53,255 nt of DNA from NCBI RefSeq assembly GCF_000281045.1, contig NW_008246077.1:571129-624383 (forward strand), in the 5' to 3' direction. Every line of letters starts with the position of its first letter. The first letter of the stretch is position 1. This document shows positions 23,569-36,088 of this stretch, in pieces. The position numbers and the translations under genes were made by a program. The notes under the pieces are model-generated. The model did not search any database and was not told the DNA's origin. It worked only from the letters and a program-made list of their open reading frames with translations. The stretch comes from Saprolegnia diclina VS20. Its lineage: Eukaryota.

Positions 23569-23593
23569 ATATCAAGACAGTATCAAGACAGTT

Positions 23594-25180
23594 TCAAGGG
23601 AGCTTTTCAATCGCGCGCAGTGCGGTTTTGGCCATGGACGAGTGACAGCCCGACCCGATTTCAAAGAGTGTCTCACGGTGCGGGGCGCACAGTGTTGGGT
23701 ATTTGGAGACGACGGTGAAGAGGACAGTGGCAAACTTGACCGACTTTGCGTGGCGCGAAACAGCGGCGAGCATGGCATCGACAACGCTGTCGATCGTCGC
23801 CTACCCACCGTTTGAGTGTGAACGCACCGCCATTTTCTACCTGCGAAAGCAATGCTTTGAGATTGAAGAGCGTCTGCAGCACGAGCAGCATGCGTTCGGA
23901 CGTCATGAACGGGGATGCTTGTCGGTCGGCGACGACTTGCTGTACGAGCGCATCAATGTGAGATGCATGGAGCCCATCGCGGAGCAGCCGCGTCACGACT
24001 TCGCACTGGGGCGCCTTTTCCGACAAGTCGACTGACGTCATGATGGGCACGAGAAGCTGCTCGATGACGACGCTCGCGTGGTCGGTGGCGAGGCGCGAGA
24101 GCACTTGGACAAGGCCACGCGAGATTGCATTTGGTGACGCCATCACGTTGCGAAAGAGACTGATGGACACGAGGTGCATGGACGCACGCAAGCTCCACTG
24201 CGCATCGAGAAGCTTCCTACGCAAGCGGATAATGTATATACCTAGGAAGGTATACACAGTAGGAACGCACGAGCAAAATACGACGAGGGCTTCGTCTGGC
24301 AGCGTGTTGAGCTGCAGCTTGTCGCTGAGAACCTCGAGCTTGGCGATGATGGGCTCGGGGCCCAATGTGATGTCGAGGCAGAGACACAAAATGTCGTCGC
24401 ATACGGAAGCGACTTCGTCGGCGACGTGCCCCGTCAAGCGCCCAATCGCCTTGAGAAGTAGCGCGACCTTGGCTTGATGCTACATACGACGCCATGATGC
24501 ATCGTTCTTAGGCTGAATGGATGGCGTACCTCTGGCGCGAGCTCGATGGTAGCTGGCAGTGCGTCGAGAGCACTCTCTGTCGCTTGCTGCACCGGGACGT
24601 CGACAGACGCGTGTTCTTGCGCCAGCATTTTGACACCGAGCAGGTCGAGCGGATTCACCTCGTCGTCGTCGAGATCGATCTCGATGCATTCAGGTCGATT
24701 GGCCTCGAGACGGGGCCGCTTGGACGCTGCCCGGTCATTCTCCTCTTCATCATCAATGTCTACTTTGAGTGTGTCGTCGGTGGCATGGACAGCCTTGCTC
24801 TGAAAGAGAGGCGCGACAACAAGCCCGTCGACCTCAACCTCGGGCGCCAGTGGCACGCTGTCGTCTGGCGGCACGTCTTCAGGACAGAGCGCCATGTGCG
24901 CCAATGAAATCACATAGGCGTCCGCGCCCAGAGATCGTAGCGCCGCTAGTGTTGATGTGCGCGTCGCTGGTTCGATGAAGCAAAGCGTGGGCTGCTGCAA
25001 CAAAAGCGCGCTCCACATATCCCGCTTCCGGCGCAGTGGGATTTGCGCTTGTAAGCTCGCCTCAAGCACGAGCGCAAGCACTGCATGGGCGTAGCCTGCA
25101 TGGTCATCGATGTAGGCTACGAGGCCAGGGACCCCGCGATGGGCGGCGAGGAGCAGCGTCGTTGCGCTCGGCTCGGCCAT
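23594..25180 (-). CDS. Fanconi anemia group E (FANCE)-like protein, multi-exon
   Basis: C-terminal helical region with ISRGLVQVL...VVIEQLLVP...PQCEVVTRLL. The spliced last exon reads KSVKFATVLFTVVSKY...MAKTALRAIEKLP, which resembles the FANCE C-terminal domain. Confidence 0.65.
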
Positions 25181-25344
25181 GGCACAGATCTTGAGCTTGC
25201 AATGGGTTTACCTCTCAGATTCGATCGTTTGCTTTAGAATAAAAACATTGTATTTTTGTATGGATCCTATAATCACATTAAAATTAAGATAAGTCTCCCA
25301 TATTCGATAATTTAGAACCCTGTAGCAACGCCAAATTTAGCGCC

Positions 25345-26611
25345 ATGGAAGCATCGGCCGAGGACAAGCATCCAGCTGGCGACTACCGCGAGCTGCTCAC
25401 GTCCAAGGCGTCACGACGACCGCTGAGCAAGCGCGATGCGCGCCGCAGCTTTATCGAGCTCACGCGGCAAGCCTCCATGGGCCGCACGTCAGCACCGACG
25501 TCGGGCAGCGGCTGGGTCTCGATCGACGCGCTTCTGCACGAGAAGAGCACCGACAACGACGACGATGACGACGATCATAGCACCATCGCACGCTCCCATG
25601 GGCGATTATCGCTCGCGATGCGTGCACAAAGCAATGTTCGCATTGGCAGCTTGGACTTGTACGCTGCGTTTGCTGTCTTTGGCTATTACCTGTTGACGTT
25701 CGAGACGCTCGTGGTCTTCTTCAACACGGTGCTGGCCACGTCCGTGTACTATTATGTCGATACGCACACAGACGCTGTCTTCAACTACAACCTCTCGTGG
25801 ACGCTCGTGACATTTGCTATCGTTTCGCCCATCATCATGCAGACGCAGCAGGCGTACAACCGCCGCGAGAATGCGCTCTTGCTCGTGGCTGAAAGTATGT
25901 CTCTTGACTTGGATGAGACTCACGATTGGTCTAGCCAAGGCTCTCATGCTCAACGTGTATGTGGCCCATCGTCAGTGGATTGTACCGGCCAAGCAAGCGT
26001 GCGTCCCAACGGCGCTCCTCACTCGCACGCGGCTACTCATTCGCGGCATCATGTACGACCTCTGCGAGCTCGTGAGTTTGCCCAACGTCACGCGCGGTCG
26101 TCACCGGTTCACGTCCGCGGGCGTCCGCGAGTCCCAGGCGCAACAGGCGCAGCAGCAGACACTGCGGTCACGCCTCGCCGTCGGCTTGGAGCAGCTCCAC
26201 GGCCAAGTGCGCGATCTGAAAGGCCACGGGCTCTCGGAAGGCGAGGCCTCGCGTCTGTACCAGTACCTCTGGATGATCCACTCGCGCGTGCTGAGCTTGA
26301 TCAACATCAAAATGTACCGGACGCCCCAAGCGACGCGGTCGTTCACAAAGGTGCTCGTGCACGTTCTGCCGTTCTTCTACGGTCCGTACTATGTCAACGT
26401 GGCGTCGGGCGACGGGGCCACGAACCGTACAAACTTTGCGTTCGCGCTCGCGTTTGCCATCCTTACAAGCCTCATGATGATTGGCATTCTCAACGCCCAA
26501 GAAGCGCTTGAAGACCCGTTCAGCGGGGATGGCCTCGACGTCGTGCACATGGAAATCGTGTTTGATCGGCTCGAAGAAGACATGGCAGCCATGTACGACG
26601 GCGCCACGTAA
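25345..26611 (+). CDS. Bestrophin-like membrane protein, paralog B
   Basis: SWTLVTFAIVSP...AYNRRE, RGRHRFT, YRTPQATRSF, FYGPYY and ALEDPF. A single intron at about 25895-25934. Confidence 0.7.
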
Positions 26612-26973
26612 TCAGCTCTGGTCGTTGCGTGTTCCTGTATTTACATCAAAGCTCAAGTATATCTGACTGACTGAGCATTCGAAGCGCTGCACCTGACGAA
26701 TGCGTGGAAGTTGGCACGTAGTACGGAGAGATAGATCCAGCCCTTCGTAGCCCCCGCTTCGAATCAAACATCAACAAAAACGCAAGGTCCGTTAAGACTC
26801 GTAGCTTTGGCAGGTGGGAGGCATTGCGCTGCATGACCTTCCCAGGCCATGCCATAAAGTAACAAGACAAGCCATTGCCACTGTCGAATGGATGGCGTTG
26901 CTGTTGACATCCATCCTTCGTCGTCGTCGGGGTTCTAATGTATTGAGCCGTACTACAGAAGCTCTTGTTGCTA

Positions 26974-27918
26974 TTAAAATGTTAATGGCTCGGGCGGAAG
27001 CGCGAGAAGCCATGGATGATACTCCATCATATCGAGCGCCATGCGCTGGCTCGGGTCCTTCTCCAAGAGGCTCTGCAGGAGGTCGATCGCGTCGGGCGAG
27101 ACCTCGGTCGTTGGCACCTCCAGCGGCTGCTCGACGATGCGCTCAAAGAGCTCCTTTGGACTCTCAGCTTGGAACGGCAGCTTCCCAAAGAGAAAGATGT
27201 AGAACGTGACGCCGATCGCCCACAGGTCGGCTTTGAACGGATCGTACGGCGCGCCGTTGCAGCACTCTGGCGCCCAAAACTCGAACGTTCCTGCCGTGTC
27301 CGTGACAAGCGTCCCTTGGACGTATTTCTGCGCGCAGCCAAAGTCCGACAAGTGACATCGGCCTTCGTCGTTGAGGAGGAGGTTGTCGGGTTTGATGTCG
27401 CGATGGCAGACGCCCTGGCCATGCAGATAGGTGACACCGTGGAGCAGGTCCAGCACGTGACTCCGAGCTAGGTCTTCGTCCAGCACATCCCTCGTGACCG
27501 GGCTCTCAAAGAGCTTGGAGGCGGCTTGCCATACCATGCACGGTCCTTTCGCCATGTGCTCGAGCACGAGGTAGATCTTGTCGCTCCGTGGATCGTTGAT
27601 GACTTCGAAGAGCAGCACCACGTTGCGGTGGTACAAGTTCGACATGATGGCAACCTCAATTTCAACCTTCTCCAGCGCCGTGACGGCGCGCATGCTCGTG
27701 CCATCGCGGATGTACTCTTTCATCTTGGCCAGCGCGGGCTTGGATAGAATCTTGAGCGCAAAGGGGCGCGGCGGCGCGCCATCGACCACACGCTCGCAGA
27801 GCTTGACCTTGGCGAATGCTCCGCGGCCCAAGAGGTCCTTGACGTGGTACTCGTTGACGACGTCGGGCGTTGGCGACGTCTCGGTTGTCGTCAGCTGGCT
27901 TTGCCACGGTGCCGCCAT
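26974..27918 (-). CDS. Ser/Thr protein kinase, CAMKK/SAK1/GRIK-like
   Basis: LGRGAFAKV, FALKILSK, HRNVVLLFEVINDPRSDKIYLVLE, HRDIKPDNLL, DFG, GTFEFWAPE and DLWAIGVT. Intronless. Confidence 0.92.
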   Translation of the reverse strand: MAAPWQSQLTTTETSPTPDVVNEYHVKDLLGRGAFAKVKLCERVVDGAPPRPFALKILSKPALAKMKEYIRDGTSMRAVTALEKVEIEVAIMSNLYHRNVVLLFEVINDPRSDKIYLVLEHMAKGPCMVWQAASKLFESPVTRDVLDEDLARSHVLDLLHGVTYLHGQGVCHRDIKPDNLLLNDEGRCHLSDFGCAQKYVQGTLVTDTAGTFEFWAPECCNGAPYDPFKADLWAIGVTFYIFLFGKLPFQAESPKELFERIVEQPLEVPTTEVSPDAIDLLQSLLEKDPSQRMALDMMEYHPWLLALPPEPLTF

Positions 27919-28492
27919 CACAACCAGAAAGTGCAATGTCAAAATGCCCTCCGATTGGTCCACTAGCTTCGCGCAATGCCATTGGCCAAAATATAAAGCC
28001 AATGGCATCGAACGCATATGAGATCTGAGATGGAAGGGCCGCGTCGGGCGCCACCCCCGGCGCCCGTGCTACACCCCAAGCAAAAACTGCTTGCGATCCT
28101 CCAGGAAAAGGTACATTGCACCAGGCAAGGAGGCATGCAAGAGGATTGCGTAGACCTATGATACGCGGCAGAACTTGCTGGCAATCGAAGCGCGTGGGGC
28201 ATCTCGCCACCATTCCGAGGAGCCTCCACGTGCAGCAACAAGTGTGCCTCTCGGCCAAAGCAGCGATATTCGAATTGCAACCCCCAGCCCCGTGGCGGAC
28301 GAAGCACCACACACCACCCTGCGACGACATCTCGAACAGGCCCAGCATGACAGGGACCGCTTGGGTATGCAAGAGTGCCCCGTATTTTGACGCTCACGCA
28401 GCTGCTAGGCGCGTCACCTCCGTCCAAGCTCGTGCACATCCCTTTTCGCCAAACAGCATGGCACCCGCACATTGCAATCCGACAGTCTAGTA

Positions 28493-29280
28493 TTAGCCTT
28501 GAAACTCGTCGTTGAGATGTAACACCTCACACGCCTTGACGTCCCATGCAGGCTCTTCGTCCTCATCTTCGTCTTCCGTGTCGGCGCCGAGTGTTCGAGG
28601 GCCAAACTCGACAAAGGCGAACGACCCCGACGAGAACCAGCCTAGACATGTCTCGTTGTACATAGTGGAGGCGGTACCAACCACTTACCAGGACGCAACA
28701 ACACTTGGCCTTTCTCTATCCAATCGACGCTGCCGAAGCTATGGTCGCTCAGCCCGATGCGGCAACACCACGGCAGCCGCGCCAGCTTGCGGTACACGCT
28801 GCATTGGCTCTCGTCGATCGCGTACTTTGTCCGGAGCTCCATGGCCACATGACCATCGATGACCGATGACCAGCCCTCAACGACAAGCTCTGGGAGCGGG
28901 CTGCCTTGGCTCAACGTGCGGTCGCCATCGGTTTCGGGCAAGAGCACGGTCGACGCACCGTCGCAGTTGATCGAATAGGGCGTGAGCTTGGGCAGGAAGG
29001 GCTTGGTCGTCGGGCGCTTGGTCGAGCTCGGGTCATATGGGCCAGGCACATAGACCACGCGGCAAACGATCATCTCGAGGCGTGAGATGAGCGCCGTCAT
29101 GTCGCCTTCCGCGGCCGCGAGCTCCTCGGGCGATTGGAGCCCGGCCGGCGCGACAAAGCTGCCGCAGACAAGCACGACGTCCACGGGGCGGTGGCGGATG
29201 ACGTAATCACACAGATCATTGACGCGACCGATCGCATTGCGGATGTCGGCGACCACGAGCACGTGGAGGGCGTCGGGCAT
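28493..29280 (-). CDS. Calcineurin-like metallophosphoesterase-fold protein with degenerate metal ligands
   Basis: HVLVVADIR, VDVVLVCGSF and VVYVPGPYD occur at the spacing of the DxH, GD and GNHD motifs. LLRPG...SFAFVE at the C-terminus is probably spliced. Confidence 0.55.
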
Positions 29281-29412
29281 CCCGCAATATTGGTTAGCCA
29301 GGCGGCGCTGTCCGGAAAGCGTCCGGATAGCAAGCCAATCAGATGACGTTCTATTTTTAGCGCCCAAGGTGTTTCGCGTCGTGTGTCATTCTCGTGCCAC
29401 GACGCCGACGAC

Positions 29413-30586
29413 ATGAACACGATCTTCACCCAGTGCGAGGTAGACACCTGCATGCAGGTGGCTGCCTAATAATGATGGACGTAGAGCCCCGAGGCCCAGC
29501 CCATGTACACCTGGTACGTCGATGCATGCGACTGGGAATGCTCCAGGGGCTAACACTGCGTGTCACCAGCGAGGTGTGCAAGATCAGCATGCGCTCGGCC
29601 AAGAAGCTCGAAGACCACGTCAACCACTCGCCGCTGCATAAGGCGGCGATGCAGGAGTCGGAGCTCGCGTTCCAGCTCGAGCTCAACGGCAGGGTAGCAC
29701 CTACTACCTGACTACGTCGGAGTGTTGTGACACGTGCGTCTAGCGCGATATCCGCCCGAGCTCGCCGTGCCGCCAGCGCCTTATTTACGATGGCAATAAG
29801 CTGTTTTGGCGCATCAACGAGACGCTTGAGCTGCACATGTACGAAGCCATCAACGTCCGCACCATCACCGTCTTGGCTCAAAAGGATCACTCGCGCGATG
29901 TACGACCACCCGACTCGACCTATCTCCTCCTCATTCGGACACAAATCGTGTAGAAAATCAAGCCGCTCGTCCTCGACTTGGCGCTTTTGCACAAATGCAT
30001 TGCGAGCTCCAGTACGGCAGCGGAAAGCAAGCAGCAACCGAATGAGGACATGGTACTCCATGCCCCATGCCAGAGCTAACATCCTGCTTAGAGCGCAGCC
30101 GCCAAGCGCGAGGCTACGATCAAGTACATTTTGACGCGGCTTCAAGCCACCAAGGACAGCGGTGATGTCATTTCACTCTACATTCAAAAGCAAAACGGCG
30201 ATGTTTGCGACCCGACGACGACCGCCGACGCGGGGCGAACGTACACGATCGAGCCCGATTCCCAAGTGCCCCGGCGCCGTCACACGTACGACGAAGCCAA
30301 AGTCGTTCAGAAAGACCTTGATCACCACACGGAAGCGCTCAAGTCATCGCGCCGGGTCGCCGAGAAGCACAGTGACAGCATTCGCTTGGCGCTCGACGCG
30401 TTCATCGACCTCAGCACGTCCGTCAAGACGCGGCCGCATGACGGCGGCATGTCGTGGCTCGGGGCGTACAGCCGCGTGCGCCAGCGCAACACGGTTGAAG
30501 TCTTCAAAGAACGCATGAAGCACGGCCACGACGGCCCGCGATCGCCGTCGTCCAAGCCAACCGACCACAGCGAGTACAAATCCTAA
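29413..30586 (+). CDS. Hypothetical protein with N-terminal C2H2-type zinc finger, multi-exon
   Basis: Splicing ACCTG|gt...cag|CGAG gives YTCEVCKISMRSAKKLEDHVNHSPLH. The coding-like last exon ends at 30586. An INR-like TCATTC lies upstream. Confidence 0.55.
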
Positions 30587-31059
30587 GCGCCATCGTCCTT
30601 TCTAAACGCTTTATATACCTTGCATTTTATTCCCTTGGTGGTTGCCATCCCAGATCTCACGGCCGCGGTGCTCCGGAGTGCGCTACATGCAGCCTCTTGC
30701 GGATTCGATTTTTCCTTCTATTTTTCGCTCATAGACGACAAGTGGCCACAGCACTTGCACCATCGCTGGTCGGGGCATCCTGTTGATCGCGCTTCATACA
30801 AGGATCATCGACCGTCTCGTTGCATTGCGCACCTAGTCTCTAGCCATGGGTCACTATTGACCCTTGTCTCTAGCCCAGCTACATGCAGTACATGCAGCAG
30901 TACATGGCCCTTCCTGCACAACCCGGCCATCTCCTTTTTTGTCATTTCGAATCTTGTTTTGGCATCCGCATAAAAAAAAGGTACAAACCGACAACCTACA
31001 ACCGAGCAGCAACACTAATTTCTTGTGACTGCCACAAGACGACGATCAGAAGAAGCAGC

Positions 31060-33673
31060 ATGGCCGAGCCCCTCGCCCCTGTTCCGCTCGTGCGCGTCGA
31101 GGCCGACGGCTCGTTCCACCTCGACGAGGCCGCCGTCGCCAAGCTCGACAAGATCAAGGGCAAGATCGCCATCGTGGCCGTGGCTGGTCTCTACCGCACG
31201 GGCAAGTCGTTCCTCCTCAATCTGCTCGTGAACGCGCAGAGCCCGGACGCGGTCGCGACCGCCGGCCATGGCTTTGCCGTTGGCGGCACCATCAACGCGT
31301 GCACCAAAGGCATTTGGATGTGGGGCGAGCCGTTCGTCATGGAGGACGGCACGTCCGTCATCTTTCTCGATACCGAGGGCATCGGGTCGGTGGACCGCGA
31401 GCAGACGCACGACACGCGCCTCTTTGCGCTCGCGCTGCTCTTGGGCTCGTACTTTGTCTACAACAGCCGCGGCGTCATCGACGGCAACGCAGTCGAAGAC
31501 CTCTCGCTCGTCGTGAACCTCTCCAAGCACATCCAGACGTCGGCGACGTCGCAGACCAACCCGGGCGCGCTCCACGAGTTCTTCCCGTCGTTTCTCTGGG
31601 TCGTGCGCGACTTTACGCTCCAGCTCCAAGACAACGGCAAGGAGATCACGTCCAAGCAGTACCTCGAGAACGCGCTCAAGCCGCAGGTACGAGCAGCAGC
31701 AGCAGCACTGCCACCCGACTACGTTCTGGCTGCTAGGGCGGCTTTTCGGCCGACGTGGCGGCGCGGGACCAGATCCGTCTTCTCCTCTCCGACTTTTTCC
31801 GCGACGTAGATATACAAGTGCAAACTGTCCTCGTCATCTCAGACATGATTGGTAGCGTGATTGCGTGACGCTCGTGCGCCCCGTGGAGGACGAAGCGCAG
31901 CTCCGCAACTTGCCCAACGTCCCGTACGGCGAGCTCCGCGAAGAGTTCCGGACCAAGTTTGAGGCGATGAAGAAGCGGCTGTTCGAGAAGGCGTCGCCCA
32001 AAAGCCTCTTTGGGAAGGCGCTCAACGGCGCTATGTTTACGAATCTCGCCAAGTCGTACATTGAGGCGCTCAACAGCGGCAAGGTATGGATTCTAGTCAC
32101 ATATTTATCCGACAATATTGATGCTCGTGTAGGCGCCGGTGATTTCGAGTGCGTGGTCGCGCGTCGTGCAGGCGCAGTGCGAAGACGCGGTCGACGACGC
32201 GGTCGAGCAGTACAAGAAGCAAATGAACACGCGCGTCGCCGACTATGTCGAAGGCAAGGAAAACTTCATCGACATCCTCGAGCACGAAGCCAACGACGCG
32301 ATCGAAGCGGCGTCCGACACGCAAATCGTCAACGTCGGCGCGGGCACGGCACAGTTTGACGAGTTTGGCAACCTCAAGCGGTTTGTGCAGCCGCCGCCCG
32401 AGCCGCCAAGCGACCTCTACGTCTCGGCAACGACCGAAGAAGACGTGGTGCCGCCGCCAGCACCGATCGTGAAGGAGTTGATCTCGCTCCCGGCGCCGAC
32501 CGCCGACGTGGACGCGATCCACACGCTGTGTTTGAGCCATGCGGAAAAGGCGCTCCGGGCCGCCGACATTGGCGACCAAGCCGACATGCAGTCGTTCAAG
32601 TTGGCCTTCCGCGCGGCGACCAATAGCATCCTTGACGTGTACAAGCAAAAGAACGCGGCCGCGTCGATGATTTACTGCAAGAACCTCCTGCAGTTTCTGA
32701 CGGCCCACCGCTTCAACCCGTTCAAGCAGCCCGAGTTTGACGCGCTGCAGTACTTTCAGCGCACGTCGCACTACCTCTCGGAGCTCGACGGTGTGTACAA
32801 GGACTACTGCCGCATGGCCATTGGCCCATCGGCCGACGCGGCCTACTGCGCGTTTATGAGCCAAAACGTGTTCGACCAAGTGATCGAGTGGACAGAAGAC
32901 ACCAACAAGGCGCACGCGTCGGCCCTGAGCGCGCTCCAGGTGCGCGCACTGGATCATTATCTTGGATAGATCGTATTTTGTCGTGTTAGAACGACCTGAG
33001 TGCGATCAGCCTCCAAGTGGCGAGTGCGCAGGGCCAAGCCACGGCCATGAAGGAGCTCGCGCAGCAAGATATCCTCAAGTCCGAGTCGAGCTTAAAGGAA
33101 GCCGAGCGCAAGTCCAAGGGCGAAGTCGACGCGCTCCGGGCGACGCTCGAGTACAAGACGCACGAGCTCGAGCACGTGCTCAACCACAACGCGACGCTGC
33201 GTCGGCTTGCCGACACGGCGCAAGCGAGCAACTTTCGCGCCAACGAAGTCGCGACCAACAAGAGCCCGCAGCACTACGCCGGGTACCTCATCAAGCAAGG
33301 GCGCCCGATGCCGAACGCAGCCCCCGGGCAGCGCGTCAAGTGGCAGCAGCGCTACTTTGTGCTCAACGGTCCGGCCCTGCGCTACTACAACACGAAAGAC
33401 GACTTTGAGCGCGCACGCTCGGACGACCCGCCGATCGACGTCTCGCGCGCGGTCATTGAAGAGGACAAGGAGGTCCCGGAAGCCTTCTCGATCGCGTTCC
33501 CCGACCACTCGCATTACACGCTGCACTTGCACGCCAAGTCGACGTATGTCAAGGACGAGTGGATCGAGCAGCTCCTCAAGGTGCGCCGCAACGTCTCGTC
33601 GTCGGGCAATGCGGGTCGCATGGCACCCACTTCCAAGTCGTCGTCGTCGAGCTACGGGTCGCGCGAGTTCTAA
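31060..33673 (+). CDS. Guanylate-binding protein (GBP/atlastin-family large GTPase) with C-terminal PH domain
   Basis: GLYRTGKS (G1), CTKGIW (G2), DTEG (G3) and FLWVVRDF (G4), then a helical/coiled-coil region. PH domain: YAGYLIKQG...WQQRYFVL...LRYY...KDEWIEQL. Confidence 0.92.
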
Positions 33674-33724
33674 GAACGTTTCTGCCTTTGCGTCGTCCAA
33701 CTATATACGAATCTAGTCCTTCGT

Positions 33725-34659
33725 TTACTCGTCGTCATGTGACTCGTCGACATCTGGGGCGTTGGCGAGGTCCTTCCCGCAGAGCTGCCCGGCATTTTGA
33801 ATGAGAATTGGCTTGAGCGGCAGTCCGGAGGAGGTCCCGACTTCGTCAAAGTCCTTGAGGAACACCATGTCTTCCGCAATGAGCTGCCCGAAGACGACGT
33901 GGCGACCATCGAGCCAGCTCAACTAACCGACCAAACGTTGGCCGATCACGCACAAACGAATGTTATCGTCGTACGTGGTTGAAGCACACAAAAAACTGCG
34001 ACTTGTTGCAGTTGGCTTGGTGGGCCATCGAGAGCGCACCGGGCACGTGCTATGCCAGCTGAGCCCGAGTGTCAGCCACGTCGACCGCGTACTTTAAACA
34101 TGAATCCCTAGTCGATTCCTTCACCAATGACCACAGAGCGAGTCCTACTTCGTCGTCAAAGTTGCGTCCGGACGCAGCCGTGCCACCAATGCCGTTGCCT
34201 GCATGATGCGTCAAGGGATGATTGGAGGGTAGGATACCGTGGGTGATGTCACCGCCTTGCATCATGAAGCCTGGCACAACGCGGTGGATGGAGCAACCCT
34301 TGTACCTATAACTCGATGCTTTTAGCGCGCCGAGAAAAGGGCAGCGCGCACCACAGCCACTTGGTGCGGGAAGCCGAGCCCTTCTCGCCTATGCCATACG
34401 ACCAGGTGCAACGTTGGTTGGGAATCGCCGACGACACCGGTGCAGAGCTGACGAAAGTTGGTGGTTGTCAGCGGCAACTGCTGGTAAAACAGCTAGACAC
34501 TCCTCTCGGATGATCGTTGTATTGGTGAAGGGCTACCTCGAAGCGGAGGCGTCGCAGCGGGTCGTTCCCGATCGCAATGTCAAGAAAAACTACAGGGTTG
34601 CCTCGGCCTGACCCGATGGTAAACTCGTAGATGCTCTGCGGCGTCGCGGGCTCGGCCAT
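33725..34659 (-). CDS. Cyclophilin-type peptidyl-prolyl isomerase, multi-exon
   Basis: NPVVFLDIAIG, NFRQLCTG, YKGCSIHRVVPGFMMQGGDIT, SQFF and WLDGRHVVFG. Confidence 0.92.
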
Positions 34660-34702
34660 GGTTCGCACCCCTTGAAGATCCAAAATGCAATGTCGTGTAT
34701 GA

Positions 34703-35464
34703 TTATTTATTGTCGACTTCGACGCGTGTATCGGTGCGACTCGTCCACGTCCGGAGGCCCGTGGTCTCTTCCCAGCTCATCGTTGCGCCTTTCGAAGTAC
34801 TGAGGAGACCGACGCTCTCTTTCTCAAGGAGCCGCATCTGGACCTTCTTCTTCATCTCGTAGCTCATGGGCGATTCGCTGAGCTTTCTCCGACTGCTCTC
34901 GCCGCGTGACGACGATGGATTGTTGTTGTTGTTGTGGTCGCTGTTTTGGGTTTGGAACTTGGGATGCAACTTGAGGTTGAAAAATCCCGGGGACGAATCG
35001 ACGCGGTGGTAGCTCTTGTCGCCAAGATTTGTGTGCTGCGGCAGCTGGTTGCGCTCGTCAATGTACTCGCGGTGCTGCTTGGAACCCATCCACGACTCGA
35101 GCCGCGTTTCGTAGTCGCGCGCTTGCTGTTCGAGTCGAATCTTGTGCGGCGAGTTCATCTTGTGCCGCTGCACCGGGCTCTGAGGCACGTACGTATTGGC
35201 GTTGATGCGAATACCGCGAGGCCGCTCACTCTCGGTCACGAGCGGCATGGCTACCCGCTTGACGCCTTCGGGCCGCGGCTCGGGCGGCGGCGGCCGAATT
35301 TTGGTCGGGATATTGGCAAAGTGGTCGACCACCGGGTGGACGACCGGGAGCACATGCCGGCGTTCGACGAGCACATTCGTGCGCGACGCTGGCGACGGTA
35401 CGTGGCGCCGCTCTTGGCGCCACCACGGACGCCCCGGCGAGAAGGGCTCGTCCGAGCCCGACAT
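34703..35464 (-). CDS. Hypothetical protein (253 aa)
   Basis: Long ATG-initiated ORF with the local codon bias. No recognised domain. Confidence 0.6.
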   Translation of the reverse strand: MSGSDEPFSPGRPWWRQERRHVPSPASRTNVLVERRHVLPVVHPVVDHFANIPTKIRPPPPEPRPEGVKRVAMPLVTESERPRGIRINANTYVPQSPVQRHKMNSPHKIRLEQQARDYETRLESWMGSKQHREYIDERNQLPQHTNLGDKSYHRVDSSPGFFNLKLHPKFQTQNSDHNNNNNPSSSRGESSRRKLSESPMSYEMKKKVQMRLLEKESVGLLSTSKGATMSWEETTGLRTWTSRTDTRVEVDNK

Positions 35465-36088
35465 TCGTCTATATATACGGCGAGGTGGTTATTTTGACTG
35501 CGCTATGACGTGGCAGCGTATTCTTGCAGCAACGAACTAAGATGAAACAGTCGTTGTAGACAGAACGGAGAGCGATCGATACGATCGCCCACTTGTGATT
35601 GCTGGGCTGCCCTTTCAGATGTGTATTTTGCTTGTGAGATGAAACGCACCAAAAGCTTCCAGTGGGCGCGACAATTGAGCGCAACGACGCCTTCAAAGAC
35701 ATGTAAGGTCCTGGCACCTCCAAGTCAACGGCTTGGCTCTGTGCGGTATCGTTATACATTGCCCCTTTACAGTCTCCCTTGTATTCAAATGAGAGCACTT
35801 TGGATATATGCCTCACGGCCAAGTAGGAAGGCAGGAGCGACGCGGCTTCTATTGACGACCTCAAGACCTCGAAAGCTCCATGAGCAAGTGGCATGTCGCT
35901 GTGAGGTTATGCACTCTTGTCTATTGTTGCCCGGTGAAGACGTCGTAGGCAGCAATTCGTCGTGTGTGTCGTTCGGCCAAGCCTGCTGGAGTTCGAAGCG
36001 GCTTTTGCCTTGATTTCGGGCACATGCATTGCGATCTGCCCACCAAAAGCATCCATCCATTCATGTATCAAGTTGATACAAGCTACGT

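Noticed and set aside
23572..23808. 78-aa ORF as the FANCE C-terminus
   Set aside because: The splice-compatible frame containing KSVKFATVLF ends at 23594 instead.
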